A stretch of 64,000 nucleotides of DNA from Nageia nagi (GCA_050084985.1 JBITNC010000001.1:207328001-207392000); one strand, 5' to 3'. Numbered from the stretch's first letter, positions 25,426-39,199 are shown. Notes: generated by a model from the sequence alone, not told the origin. Program-made: numbers and translations.

Positions 25426-27060
25426 TATATTTATAAACTATATTTATAATATTTTATATATTTTGGAACTCTATCCAATGAAAGGAAATATTTTATGTGA
25501 ATAAGAAGGATATACAATGCAAATAAGGGATTGTAATATGTTACTATAATCAAATTTATCAATTTAAATAAATGAATTAGTAGTATTATAACATAAGCAG
25601 GTATGGACAACTTAGATTACTCTTGATACTTAATATATGGTTTGTTTTGGAAGATGAAGAAGAATAATTATAGAAATATTATTTTCAAAATGGAAGATAA
25701 AATAATTTTATATCCATGCAAAATTTTCTTTTTCAAAATTTGATGATAATAATCCTTATAAGACCTTGCATAATATTGTAATCATGTCTTTACCAAAAAG
25801 AAGAAAATATGATAAATAAAGATCAATATATCTATGATTGAAATAAAATATAAGATTAGTGGGAATAATGGGTTTAGTAATTCATAATTTTTTGATGGAA
25901 TGCATGTGCATTGGTATTTTGATCTATCTTGACCTTTAGTCTTAGAAGGTGTACACAAGGATAGGCTTTTAGAAAGAAGAATTTAATATTTTATCATAAA
26001 ATTTTAAGAGTAAAGAACTAAATAGGCTATTAATATTATACTTCATCCATGAACTAAATATTGGTTTGACTTGGTTTCCCATAATATATTTAATTTGCAA
26101 CTAACTATATAAGAATGATTATGCACAATACAAAAGTTTTTTATTTAGATTAGAGGATGGATTTTTGAAAGGAATCCTAACATTTTACATAGTCAATATA
26201 TTTCAATTGAGCTTATGTAAGATGCATAAGCTAATAAGTGACCAATTATAAAATCCCAAATTCAAAATTGGTAAAAAACATATGCCACTACAACTTCAAA
26301 TTTAGAAATATTACCTAAAAATTGTGATTAATACTAACAATATAAGCTAGAGGATTCAAGATCCCCAAAATGGTTAAATTAGAAGATCATAAGATTAATT
26401 TTTTATAAAGTTAATGAATAACTTGAAAAATATATAAGAATGGGGAAAAAATGCAACCCATCATCCCAAAATTTTATCATCTTACTGGTACATGATTTCC
26501 CTTGCTATATCTCCAAATGTCCAACTCTACATTGGTTTCCCTCACTAAGGGCTTCCAAGACCAAAAATCTACATTACTTTAAGTTAACTAGCCTTGGTTT
26601 CTCTTGATATTCAATATCTTCTCAACACATCCAAAATTTAAAATTTTGTTCTAAACTCATCCATGATACTTTTGCACTATTATAAATAATACCCATACTT
26701 TGCTCAATCTCTTTGAGAATCCTTTGAGAAAGTCCTATATGAATCTCAATCATTTTAAAATAACACTAAACAACATCCATATATTATTCAATCACACTAA
26801 TATACCCCCAAACACCACCCTTACAATGTATTATGTTGGAATAAACCCAATAGGCTCAATATTATCCATTAGGAGAGGAAAAAATTACCCATATAGTCCA
26901 TTCCTTGATTGATAGATCTCCAATAGAAGAAACAAAATACTTTGATAAATAACATGCCTTTATCTAATTATCCCTCAAATCACATCATTAAAGAAAAATC
27001 TAGTCACCTCGGATACCCTATTATTAGTTTGTTCTCTATCAAGGGAAAGTCAACTTGTAT

Positions 27061-27725
27061 TGTAGTAAGCTAGGGTTTGGCTATGAACCAAAATATTAGA
27101 GAGAAAACTATATTAGAGAATAAAAGGAAGGCATAAAAACTCAATAATCTTCCCTAAATAATAATTCAAAATAACAATATGATAAACACAACCACCATAC
27201 CAAAATAGTAGTGCTTATATTGATGTTTACAAAGGGCCATCCTCATAACTACATGACCTCTAAGAGGAAACAAAATACCCCAATGATTCCCATCCATTCC
27301 CTAAGGCCTATAAACCAAAATTCATTCCTAAAAAGGTTGATTTGGGGATTAAAACTCCATGAGAAAAATATGGGAGAACCTCCCCATATGAACCATTTTT
27401 GGAGGATACTAGAATCCTCCATTGAGCAAACATGATAGTAGTTTGCAAGATCCCTAAGAATTATCATAACAACATCTAACCTCTCCTTCATCTCTTGAGC
27501 TCTCTAGGGTGGTCATGTATTTATATTCCCCATAATCATATCCATCACCTTCACCTTTGTCACCCACATCACTTTTAAACCCTATACCTCCCCTACTGCT
27601 TCCCTCCATCCTACCTAAGGACTATTTACTAATCCATGTAGATGCATAATACACAAGTTAATGATAATTATTATTGATTATTATAATATAGATCCTTAAT
27701 TATCTTCTAAATTAGGGGTGGAACA
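27061..27725 (-). mobile_element. Possible solo LTR (665 bp)
   Basis: tgtagtaagc...aggggtggaaca termini; weak TSD tgtat/tatct (3 of 5). Confidence 0.35.
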
Positions 27726-28570
27726 TATCTTTTTATAAAGGAATGAATATTTTTGTTTTCTTCATTTTTCAATTTTAATGATTGGTCCTATAAATTGGAC
27801 CTTAAATGTCAATTTTCTAAATTTTGATTAGAAGCCAACCAAAACTTTTAATCTAATAATTTGATTATGTAGAATTTAAATCTTAATTAGTATATTTAAT
27901 AATACTATAAATGCATATTTTTTATTTTTTTGAGTCTTATCAAAGAAAGGTTTTGGAAATATATCTCATTGGATAAACCATTTTATAGTATCCCTTATAT
28001 ATGATAATTGTAAAATATTTTCATGATAGGTAGACAATAAAATGAATTATTTGTTAAAAAAATTCTTCCCTTTTTGCAAATATAATTTAAAAATATATAT
28101 AGAAACCATAATTATCTTATATGTATTGGGATAATATCATATGTTATTCAAGATTTGCATCCTATCTCATCTTCATATTGGAATTGATAAGAAGGATAAT
28201 GTCATGACTTGAAGAATCTATATGAAATGAATGACATTAGTTAAACTTTAGAAAAACATAGCCAATTTTTTGACTTCACATATGTTGCTTTTCATATTTC
28301 AAATAGTGCTAATTTTGTGATCTTTTTTTAATATTATATCATAATTATAGGTGGGACAAGATATAAATGTAGGAGGTTTAATGAGACTTGATATGAATCA
28401 AGATTTTATAGAGATCATGCATCTAACTATTTGGGATTCAATTCATCTATCTCTTAATTTGGGTAAAGTGGACAATGTAAATGAGATAAGGAAAAATATT
28501 TTAGAACCAAGTTGTAGGTACATACTAAAAATTTGCTTCTCTACTAACATAGACAAAAAGGATAATAGCT

Positions 28571-28692
28571 TTTGGGTTATTAAATACTAGCCCTATAATT
28601 ATTACTAGAGTTATGAAGAACCTTTAAGTATGTGATTAATGCCATACTACAACCAAGTTTATCTCCAAAATTGTTATAAGGAACATTTTTCA
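28571..28692 (+). pseudogene. Isolated DYW deaminase-domain fragment
   Basis: FGLLNTSPIIITRVMKNL*VCD*CHTTTKFISKIVIRNI retains the CxxCH zinc-binding motif. Confidence 0.85.
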
Positions 28693-28703
28693 TGGTTTTA
28701 GGT

Positions 28704-29530
28704 AGAAAGAAAACTATGTTTCATTTCATTTTTTCAAAATAATTGTTATTAAATATTTGTACAAATAGATAATATTATTGATTGCTAACATTATATTATC
28801 AATTGAACATAATTGCCTAAGTATATTGATGTGGTCTTTGTGAAGGCCTTATTTTTAATTCTACAATCATGGTATTGAAATATTTTTTTAGGAATACTAC
28901 ATATAATTATTGAATGAAGAGCTAGAGAAGGAGGTGTAAGAATTGAAAATATAGAACAAGAAATACTTGAAGGAAATATGAAATACTTGATGAACAATAA
29001 ATGTTAGATAAGGGCCTACAAGTATCCCAATACTTTGGTATGAAGAGAGTAGAGTAACTCTTAATTATTCTTTTCTATTGCCTTTATTATTTTATGTATT
29101 AATTTTGTGTATAATCATTATATTATCTTGTGCCTATTTTTTCATCAATCATCTTGGCCCAAATTCTATGTAGTAATTTCTTTATAGGTTGATGCAAATT
29201 TTGCATTGTCTATGGATAAAAATACCAAAAAACTTTTTGGGTTGAATTAGATCATGTTTTGTATGTTTAACTATTAAAAATTAGAGTAGAATAACTCTTA
29301 ATTTTACTTATCTCTTACCTTTATCATTTTATATAATCATTTTATTTAGAATCATTCTATTATATTATGCCTATTTTTACATTGACCATTTACTCCCAAA
29401 TTCTATCTAGTAATTCATTTATAGGTTGATGTAGATTTTGCACTATTACTAGATCAAAATAATAAGATTTTTTAGGTGTAATTAGAATAATTTTTGTATA
29501 TTTAGCTATTAAAAATTATTATTTATATTT
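28704..29530 (+). repeat. Post-DYW module, copy 2, with the ~240-bp unit tandemly doubled
   Basis: Units at ~29048-29282 and ~29283-29530, each agagta...ctcttaatt...caaattctat.tagtaatt...ttataggttgatg.a.attttgca. Confidence 0.75.
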
Positions 29531-29949
29531 TATTATTGAATAATAACAAAAATGAAGTAGTCAAATGTAACACAACCAACTTTAACCTCAAAAATTTAGA
29601 CCATTTTTTTTTTTTTGAAAATAATCTTTATGGGTAAACTATTACTTGTAAGTGTTTTATCCCACTTGGATCATATGATAATTCTCTTCATACTTTATCT
29701 AGATATCACCTCCCTAAGGTAAGTACTAGGGCACATTCACCATGTAATCTTATCTCTCTTGCAAGCAGATCCCCATGATGATCGTGCTCTAGTTTTATTT
29801 GATTAAGGGTTTTAATACAATGGCATAAGATCAATTTTTAAGAAAATTTTTCAATATAACCTAGTGAGTAGCTTTGACATTAGGTTGAATACTCAATATA
29901 AGTTTTTTCCTTTCTTAATTATCTCCTAAAATGTGTATTTTTGAATCCT

Positions 29950-30240
29950 ATGTTTCAAGAGATGTTTATTGGTACTACTTCCCATGGTGGGATATTAGAC
30001 CATACCATATTGTTATTTAATTTTGAGACATACCAATTCCATCAATTCATCAATATTGGAATACCTACATAATTATGTAAATCATTATGAGAGAGATAGA
30101 TCTAGCATATCCTCTTTCTAAATATTATTAATTACTAACTTTGGTTTATATGAAAGTCATGAAATTCTACTAAACTTTTAGAATCATTCGTTATGTTGAA
30201 GCAAGAACTACTTTTTGTGTTGACCATTCTTGTCTTCCTA
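29950..30240 (+). pseudogene. Possible Ty1/copia INT/RT relic
   Basis: YVSRDV and DLAY...ESH...RIIRYVEARTTF resemble copia motifs (PDLAYAV...AAKRILRYVKGT); heavily decayed. Confidence 0.3.
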
Positions 30241-31059
30241 AGGGTGAGTTTAAAAATACTTTCCAAGAATAAAACCAAATAGACTTATTGATTATTATTG
30301 ATCTATAATCTCAAATATATAATGAATATGTACATGTTATGTAAGATCATGGATTACCACTATGACACTTGATTACATTGCAATTACAAACATCATAAAT
30401 ATAATAATTTAAATACATCATTTGTACAAATTTTCATCTAATAAGCTCCATGGTAAGGAGGGGCCTTCATAATTTCTCATACTTCCTCCCTTTTTTAACC
30501 TTTCCAAGGTTCAAAGAATGAGTGGTCATGGGTATTAAGAATGGATCATGAACATATGAGGATAAGGACAACTCATCTCTTTTTGGACCCCAAAGCATTA
30601 TGTACACCAATTAATTAATAAAATTTTACAAACTCATTTAACACATCATCTATTTAGAATTTATCCTATTTGTGGTCTCATGAGGTTTTATACCTTTGAT
30701 GATGTTATCTCTCTTCCTCGACCATAGAGTGGTGGATCTCAATAAACATTGTCATAAACCTTATAGCATAAATATTCCAAGTAAAATCTATTATTTATAG
30801 ATTTCCATAGTTCTAATTAATTTTAAAATTTCATATTCAAATATATGATTCACTATCTCTAAATTTTTATTATTTATATATAGGGTAGAGATATATATTT
30901 ATTACAAGATAAATCTCATCAAGTTCAAATTTAAGCTTCATTAAACCTCTTGAAAAAGTATTTATAATTTCCATAAAAATTTATTAGTATTTTCATTTAA
31001 CTAACACTAATTCAAATCAAATACTTTGTAGGATAGATATCTATATCAATCATTTATAT

Positions 31060-32390
31060 TGGAAAGGATTTTTAGTTAATTAAAATGGTTTTGTTTGACA
31101 TAATTATTCAATCAAACATAGTTTCATGGATCCATAGTTGGCCAAATGCAATGAATTTATATTATTGTATTATATTATTTTGTACCTCTAAAATTACTCA
31201 TAATATACATTATAAAATGAAAATAAAAAAGTTTATAAATATGTTGAAATTGCTTGTTAGTATCATGAGTAGAGCATTCCTTTAGAAAGTATTATGATGG
31301 AAAGTTTAAAAGAAATTATGACCCAAAATGATACCAAAACTAAAACTAAACTCTTCATACTTTTTCATCAATCTCTTAGCAAGCATCATGATGGGACTCT
31401 AGAAAGTAGAGGGCATGAACATTTATGATGAAGTATTGTAAGGATGAGAGCTCAAAATAATATAAATAAAATCCCACTAAACTTTTCCATAACAGGGGCA
31501 TCAGGAAGATATAAAATGGATTTGTATGAAGTTTTAAGAGTTTGTTAACATCATTCCTCATAGAAGCATTGTATTATGGATGATAAGGATTATAGTGTAT
31601 TCCCAAAATCAATTTTCTAAAAGAATATTTGAAATACCTTATGAGATATTTGAAAATATGATCCCTTGCTAAGTTTATAAGTTATGTATCAAAATATCTC
31701 GTATAATTTGAGTTAAAATAGACTTATTTGAATGTAGCTCATTTTACTTATGAGTATTTTAGGAGATCAAGGTGTTGCTAGTAAATTTGAAATGCATGGA
31801 TGTGATTGCGCTAGTAGACATGTATGCAAAATGTAGATGCATAGAGAAGGCATGTAAGTGTTTGGTAATATGTCTAATGCAAATGTAGTTTTATATAATG
31901 AAAAAGTATCAAGATATTCATAAGATGGATAAAATGAAAGTGCCCATGAAATGCAGTCTCTACAACCTTTGTTAGCATTCTTTCAACATGTACCACCATG
32001 GGAGTTCCAAAACAAGGTATCGGAATACATAAAGAGTAGTTATAAATGGTTTATCCTTGAATATTGAGAGCATGCATGCCTCGATAGTCATGTATGAAAA
32101 AGGTGAAAGAATACTCAAGGTACAAGAATTGTTTAATAATATACATGATGTAGACAAAATTTCATGGACTACTATATTTGTTGGATATGCACAAAGGGGG
32201 TTTTTCTAAGAAGGTATTTAAACCTTGAGGAGTAAAAACAAATGTTGTACTTTTTTCCATCATTCTATTAGCATGTGCCACCATCAAAGATTTGGAAGAA
32301 TATTTGGATATCCATCATAGAGTATTATTGAGGTCATGGATTCTTTATAGCCATGTAAGAAAAATGCAATATAATACACAAGGCTTGAGG
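31060..32390 (+). pseudogene. Cluster of shuffled PLS-PPR motif fragments
   Basis: LFDIIIQSNIVSW (~31090); IIPHRSIVLWMIRIIVYSQN (~31550); ALVDMYAKCRCIEKAC (31809); STTFVSILSTCTTMG; QELFNNIHDVDKISWTTIFVGYAQRG; IILLACATIKDLEEYLDIHHRV. Confidence 0.8.
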
Positions 32391-33809
32391 ATTATTCTTA
32401 TGGATCACAACTCAATGAGTACCTTTCATAACTAAGATATCATCTCAAAAGGGTACCATTGTGACTTCCATCAAGATAAAAAATAATTAAATTAAGGATT
32501 TTCCTTATAACCTAGGGCCAAGATATCTATTTTTTTATCATGAGTAAGAGTCAATAAGAACAAAGACTATATAAAATCAAGATTTAAACAATAAAAATAA
32601 TAATTATTCCACTAAATACTTATATCAATAAGAATACATTCTTAAATATTCTAAGAACATATAGCCAAATTCATACAAACATATCATATGCTCCCTTTCC
32701 ATAATATTTAAATATTATTCTTCAAGGACTAGAGCTCAAAAAGGTGCCAAGGGATGGAGTGAGAGAAATATGTGAGAGTGGTGAAAAAAAAGGCAAGGAA
32801 AATCCATGCCCACATGCAACATCAAATAAAGTTTCCAAATTTATGACAAGGGTCCCATTTCATTTCTAGAAGAGGATATAAGTAGGAGAAATAAGATTTG
32901 AATTAGTAAAATTTCTTGCCAAAAAATTGATCCATGGTACAGTGTATATATAGGGAATTCAAGGCCTATGAGTGAGGAAAAAGTAGTGGATAAAATCTTT
33001 CTCCTTAAAACTATAGTTCTTTTGAGATTTTATTTGGCTTGACTAGTCACTTCCCACTATTGTTAAATTAGTAAGTCACATAAGGATTGGCCATGACCTT
33101 TCATACCATCCAATCAAATAAAGATAAAATTATGATTTTATCTCTTTTCATTTATAATTAGATAAGAGTACAAAATTCACATGTAGAACATCAAATAACT
33201 CCAAAGAGATCTCTTCTCTAGTAATATTGTCATAAATATTTAAATGAACCAAACTATAATAAATGCAAATAAACTCACAACATAAAGCATTTTTTCCAAA
33301 ACTTCACATGTAAGGATTTGAAATAACTACAAAGGGGTCCTTTCAATCAAATAGACTAATGTACATCATACAAATATGAAACTTAAATAAATCTTATCTA
33401 TCACATTTGAAATATTAAATAGTAAATTATTTGCCTTTTGAAGATAATAACTTGCATTATTTCATTTTTAATAACATTTGAAATATAATAACTAGTACCA
33501 AACATATTCACTTATATTTAATTAAATCCCTTTATAGTACATAGAACTTAATTTAAATATGCCTAACATACATGTTGCACATATGCCAATCCAAGACTGT
33601 AGTAACAATTTTTACAATTTTTTATTTAAGTGAAATAAATCATCTCATTATGCATCCAATTACAATGAATCTATTGTTATTGTTATTCTTTATCTTTCAC
33701 AATAGTAGCATGGAGGTTAGATACTAGTTACAACCATAAATAAGGTGCTTTAGTTGTCCTAGTTCTACATTTCTACCTTTTCTAGTTTACTTTGAGTAGG
33801 ATACTATTT

Positions 33810-34135
33810 ATCTTGGTTTTTTTTGTTATTATTTTGGGTGGAACTAGACCATATTTTGTGTGTTTAACTATTAAAAATTAGAGTAAAGAAAATCTTAATT
33901 GTAATTTGATCTTGCCTTTATCATTTTGTGAGGTCATTTTTGTTTGAAATCATTCTATTATCTTGTGCTTATTTTTGCATCGATCATCTAGGCATAAATT
34001 CTATGTAGTAATTTCTTTATAGGCTAATGTAGATTTTGCACAATCCATGAATACAAACACCAAGAATTTTTTTGGTGGAATTATACCATGTTTTACATAT
34101 TTAACTATTAAATATTATTGTCAAGATTTGAACAT
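33810..34135 (+). repeat. Another copy of the ~240-bp unit near the CACTA right end
   Basis: aactattaaaaattagagta...cttaattgta...aaattctatgtagtaatttctttataggctaatgtagattttgcac...accaagaattttt. Confidence 0.75.
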
Positions 34136-34919
34136 TGGAATTCTTTAATGATAGATTTAATTTTTCTTAATCCAAATTCATCTAGGTATTTTTAAGATAC
34201 CTTTATATTTCATCATTTTTTATATATATTTTATTTTATTCAACTTACTAGGAATAGCATAAATGTTTGAGAGAAATATATAAGATACAAAATTTTAGGT
34301 ATCTAACTCTAAAAACATGTTTTACTACAAATTTTGATAACTCTAGATTGTTTTTAATTATATAGGCAATAAGCAAAAAACTACACAAAAAAACATTATG
34401 TTTTATTAGGATATTATCTATAAAGTATTTTTCTTAATACAAATTTATCCAAGTAGTTTTTAGATCCCTCTCTTTCATTATTTTTTGTATGTTTTAAATT
34501 TTATTCCACCTACCAAATATAGCATAAATTTTTGAGAGAAGAATAAATTATTTATCTATTATGAATCTTGTCAAACAAACTATTTTCCTTCTTAATGCTA
34601 CCATATTTTGAATACATGTCTATCAAGGCTATTATCAAAATTGCATGTGAGAGAAACCCACATCTAATTATTTTTCCATCATCCATTTTAAAGTTGTAAA
34701 GTTGCTTATACAACAAGAATACTTTTAAAGGTTATTGAATCCATAATGTTATAATCTTACCAAGCATATTTTTAATATTATTATTTGTTCTTATCATGAT
34801 GTTTTATTACACAATGAAAAGAGAAAATAATAGGATTAAAAATATGTTTGGTAAGATATAATAACTACTAACCTATGGAATGTTAAAACTAAATCATCCA
34901 CTTAAAACTAATGCAATTT

Positions 34920-35186
34920 CAAGGGTCTTTTAGGAAGGCTTTAAAATACCCTAAAAAAGATGTTTTAGGGTGATTTTAAACAATCATAAAAAAGATCTTT
35001 TGGGGTAGTTTTAAAATTCCCTAAAATATCCTATTTAAGTGGTTATACATTTGTGAGGATGGTTTATTATAACACTTTTAAATTTTTATCTTTTCTTCTA
35101 AATTTTTTATGACACATGAAAAACTATCATTAAAGGCCTATCAGGGTGGTTTAGAACCACACTTGAATCCCTAATTTGGTGTAGTA
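34920..35186. repeat. Right subterminal repeats and TIR of the CACTA element
   Basis: aaaataccct, agggtgatttt, ggggtagtttt, aaaattccct, gaggatggttt, agggtggttt.gaaccac, then ...tgtagta followed by aat. Confidence 0.7.
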
Positions 35187-35997
35187 AATGTAGATAGAAT
35201 ATGAACACAAATATAAGCATAATAAGATTCAAATATTCTCTACATATTTATGCTCAGATGATTCAAATATTCTTGATAAAATCAATTATGCTACAATGAT
35301 TCAAATATGCTCTAGAATACCACTACAACATATCATAATTTATTTGTAAATAAGTTTAATTATATTTTAGAAATTTAATAATCTCACAATATTTTCCATT
35401 ATTTTAGAATAACCTTCACCCAAATGTTCATGATATATCTTTTCATTAAGGTTGTCATCAACACTATGTTTTTAGCTAGTATAGTCCTTAGTCAAGAAGC
35501 ATGCTATTCTATTAAATTTATACTTTGTTATCCTTTTCAATACCTACATGGAAAATTAAAATCCTAAATAAATTCATTATATATAATATAATACAATATA
35601 AATTCATTATTTTGAATTTGAAATAATAGTTGTACCATATTTGATGACTCTAGGTTAGCCTTCTATTTACTCACTTAAAAGCTTGAAACAAGAAATGATT
35701 ATGCCAATGAAGCTTAAGATGTTAAGGAGATGAAATTTACCTTATAAAAGGTAAGAAATTACCTCTTAATCTAAGAAATATCCAATGGTAATAAGAATTA
35801 TTATTTCCCACAATGGAACATTATAGATGTATTATTGACCTTAGCTAGTACAAATATGATGGAAATTGAATGTAATATAAACAAATAACCAATAAATAAA
35901 TAATATATTAATATTGTATATTTTAAATTTAGATTAAATCAAAATATACCTTATATATGGCAGAAAAGAATACTTATTTCACTTATGCCTTTGCTTT

Positions 35998-36182
35998 CTT
36001 GTATGTAAAATGTGGAAGATTATACAAGGCCCAAGAATTATTTGACAAGATGCAAGATGTAAATATAGTTTTATGGAATGCAATGATTTGAGGCTATGAA
36101 ATTCATGGCTATATTAAATATTCCCTTAAACTCTTTAATTTTATTAAGTACTTGGGAACTAACCCTAACAACATAATCTTTA
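35998..36182 (+). pseudogene. PPR fragment (5' part, interrupted by an LTR element)
   Basis: LYVKCGRLYKAQELFDKMQDVNIVLWNAMI*GYEIHGYIKYSLKLFNFIKYLGTNPNNIIF. Confidence 0.88.
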
Positions 36183-37211
36183 TGCAATCCTCAAAAGTAT
36201 ATATACATCATGGTTATATGTAATTAAATATACAAGACACTATATCAAATCACAATAGATATAAATGAAAAGTATGCACCTAATATGAAGTGTGTGTCAA
36301 ATAATCAAAATAATATAGCAATTAATCTTTAGATTATTTGGATCAAACTCATGGTTATCTCACAACTAATGTTCATATGCATGAACTAATGACTTAATCA
36401 TTCAAGCCTCGAACCCTTGATCTAGAAGATGCACACCATTGATGACCTAAGAGAAGCACATTGTTACTAACATAGGATAAGCACACTACTAACTATGTGC
36501 AATGTGTTGAATTATGATGTGTGCCAAAGATATAAAGTTTATAACTAAGAGTATAACAAATTATCAAGATAGGTGGCATCCTAAGACACCATTATAGTTG
36601 ATAACCACCTATCAAAATTCTTCATCAATAGCAAAAGAGTTATGATATTTGAAGATCAACATATCCATCCATTTATATAACTTGCAAAATATATAAAAAC
36701 AAGTGAAGGTTGACCTTGTACAATATTTTAATCAAGTTTATTCTTAAGGATCGATCCCAAATTTTTTTTAAAAAAAATAAGATAAATCAGTTTCAAATTT
36801 TGGATGAAAATATAGCCTTTAAAATAAAAGGTATAAGTTGATACATACCATATACATACTATATGTTGATGTTTTGGTGATTAGATTCATAAAATTAATA
36901 TTTTCTTGTAATTTTAGGGCAAATGGACATCCTTTTAGGGCTCCAAACATTAGCCAATTTGAAAATCTTAAAATCCTAATTTTTGCTTATAAGTGATGAT
37001 TAGCCACTAAGAATACATTGATTTTAATCACTGTTATATTCAATATACTTTAAAATAAAACCCATGATATATGATATAACATTTAATATAACACATGGCA
37101 TTGCATTATAAACATCCTTTTATCTTTATATATGTAATATTGTATTAAATCATTTAAGAAGTCTAAATATGATTTATTAAATAAATAATAAATTATTTTT
37201 AGGCATCTATA
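36183..37211 (-). repeat. 3' LTR of the gag-only element
   Basis: Matches 40965-41721 apart from an extra ~296-bp segment; abuts the PPT. Confidence 0.8.
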
Positions 37212-39199
37212 TTTTTCCTCTCTTTGGATATAAAATGAAAAGCATTGAAATCACATAATTCGAATAAGTTTAGAGAAGAGAAGAAAATTTTCAATAAGAA
37301 AGTAAACTTCCCTATTTTGATCAATATGTTGAGTATGGTATGTTGTATTCCCCCTTTTACTCTTGGTTTTTCCTTGTTCATGTTACATCAGGTAAGAAAG
37401 ATGAAATTGTAGTCCATATATGAGGTCTATGATCTATTCCAATCCTACTCACTCAAAAAATACATGTAGAACAAAGTAACATAATACCCACATAGATCAC
37501 ATCAAATTAAAGAATAAGTAATGGAAAGAGTAAGGATGAAATTAATATGATATCTATTATGTCACTATAATGGATGCAACTCATAGTGTTATAAAATATG
37601 ATATATAAACTATTGTGATAGATAACTCATAATATATGAATACCAAGCTGATGAAAACCTTTAATGACTCAATTTTGGAATAAATCTACAATTGATAAGA
37701 GATTCTACTCATGGAGTGACCATGGCTTTGAAAATATTTATAGTAGAATAATGAACAATAGCATCCAATTTTTATAAATGTAGCAAATATTTAAACATTC
37801 AGTAGCCTTGCATTTCAATATTTCAAATTGCCTAATTTTTCAAAGTAAACCCATGCTATTGACAACATGTTTTGCATAGATTTTATCAATCATGTCTTTT
37901 GCAATGTTAATCATCAATTCCATAGCATTGCATATTCAAAGAAATAATGGCATTTTCACATATATATTCAAAGATTTTATAACATTCTCTATTTATAATG
38001 AATTTATCATGAACATACACCATTAGTATCATGGAAATAATGATATTAGATATGCAAACTTGAATCATTTTATAGCAGAATATTTTCAACTTTTTCAATG
38101 TTTTGACCTTATATATTTTTTTATCTATGCATAAGCCATATCATGATATTCTTAACCATTTTCAACATTTAAAAGCATGATATCAATACAAAGAAAGAAA
38201 TAATTCAATTGGCATTGAAAATAACCATTTAGATATTCAATATTTCATATACAATACAACACTGCTATACTATACCAAATTTTAGAGATACAATAATCTT
38301 AAATTTTCATATTTTATTAGTAAAACATGCATTCTATTTGAAATAGTAATCATAAGAATAGCATATGTAATGTTCAATTTTCATACCAAATATTCAAAGA
38401 AGATATAGTGGTCTTAATTCATCAATGGAAATAAATATCATAAATATGACTAATATTAAAAATGTTTGAGATGGTATACTTTACCCATACTTACCTTCAT
38501 GTCCTAAGAATGGGCAATTTTTGCACTTTTTGATTCTAAATTCTAAATTTTTTCCTTTTGATTTTTAATATCTAATTTCTATCATGCCCCCAAATAAAAT
38601 TGAAATTGCTCCCAAGTGAGACTATATCAATTTTTTCCTAATGTCTCTTATTTATTTTTATTTTTATTTCTTATTTTCAATGAAATGCAACTACTATGAA
38701 ATGCAATGACTAGATATGAGACTATCCTATACATGATACATTTGATTAGCATGGCAAATTTAAGAACCCTAATGAGAGATAAAGACAAGAAAATATTTGA
38801 TGAAAGAAGAAGACTTGATGAAATGATAATGATGGAAATATGAAAAGAGAAAATAAAAACCTAAAATAACATGATATAAAAGATGAAGATGCAAAAATAA
38901 CATGATTAAAAACTTGATAAAATTTGCCATGGCAATCAAATGCATGTAACGGACTAACTCATGATATGTAAAACTTAGAAATTATAGTACACTAGAGGGT
39001 GGTGGAACCACCACCATTTTTAGTATATTTTTCTTTGAGAAATTGACCACCTATTTTTTAAATTAATTAGTGCATTTTATATACCTTGGGATGATACTTT
39101 ATCAAGAAGATCAATAAATTCAAGTTCAAACTCTCTCAAGAAGATCAATAAATTCAAGTTCAATTGATGAACACTCTATGTTGAACATTTCTATTTGCA

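Larger units (their letters stand above)
15675..35186. mobile_element. Non-autonomous CACTA (En/Spm-like) element with PPR-DYW cargo and nested insertions (Pack-CACTA candidate)
   Basis: Left end cactataagaaaattaag; right end ctaatttggtgtagta (reverse complement tactacaccaaattag). 3-bp TSD aat at 15672-15674 and 35187-35189. Subterminal repeat clusters at both ends. No transposase recognised inside. Confidence 0.7.

Noticed and set aside
26450-27050. Possible LINE ORF1 relic on the minus strand
   Set aside because: Only vague similarity; no zinc-knuckle or RT motif confirmed.
37648-37690. ctgatga as a hammerhead ribozyme core (retrozyme idea)
   Set aside because: No properly placed stem II/GAAA or flanking stems, and it is on the opposite strand to the element.
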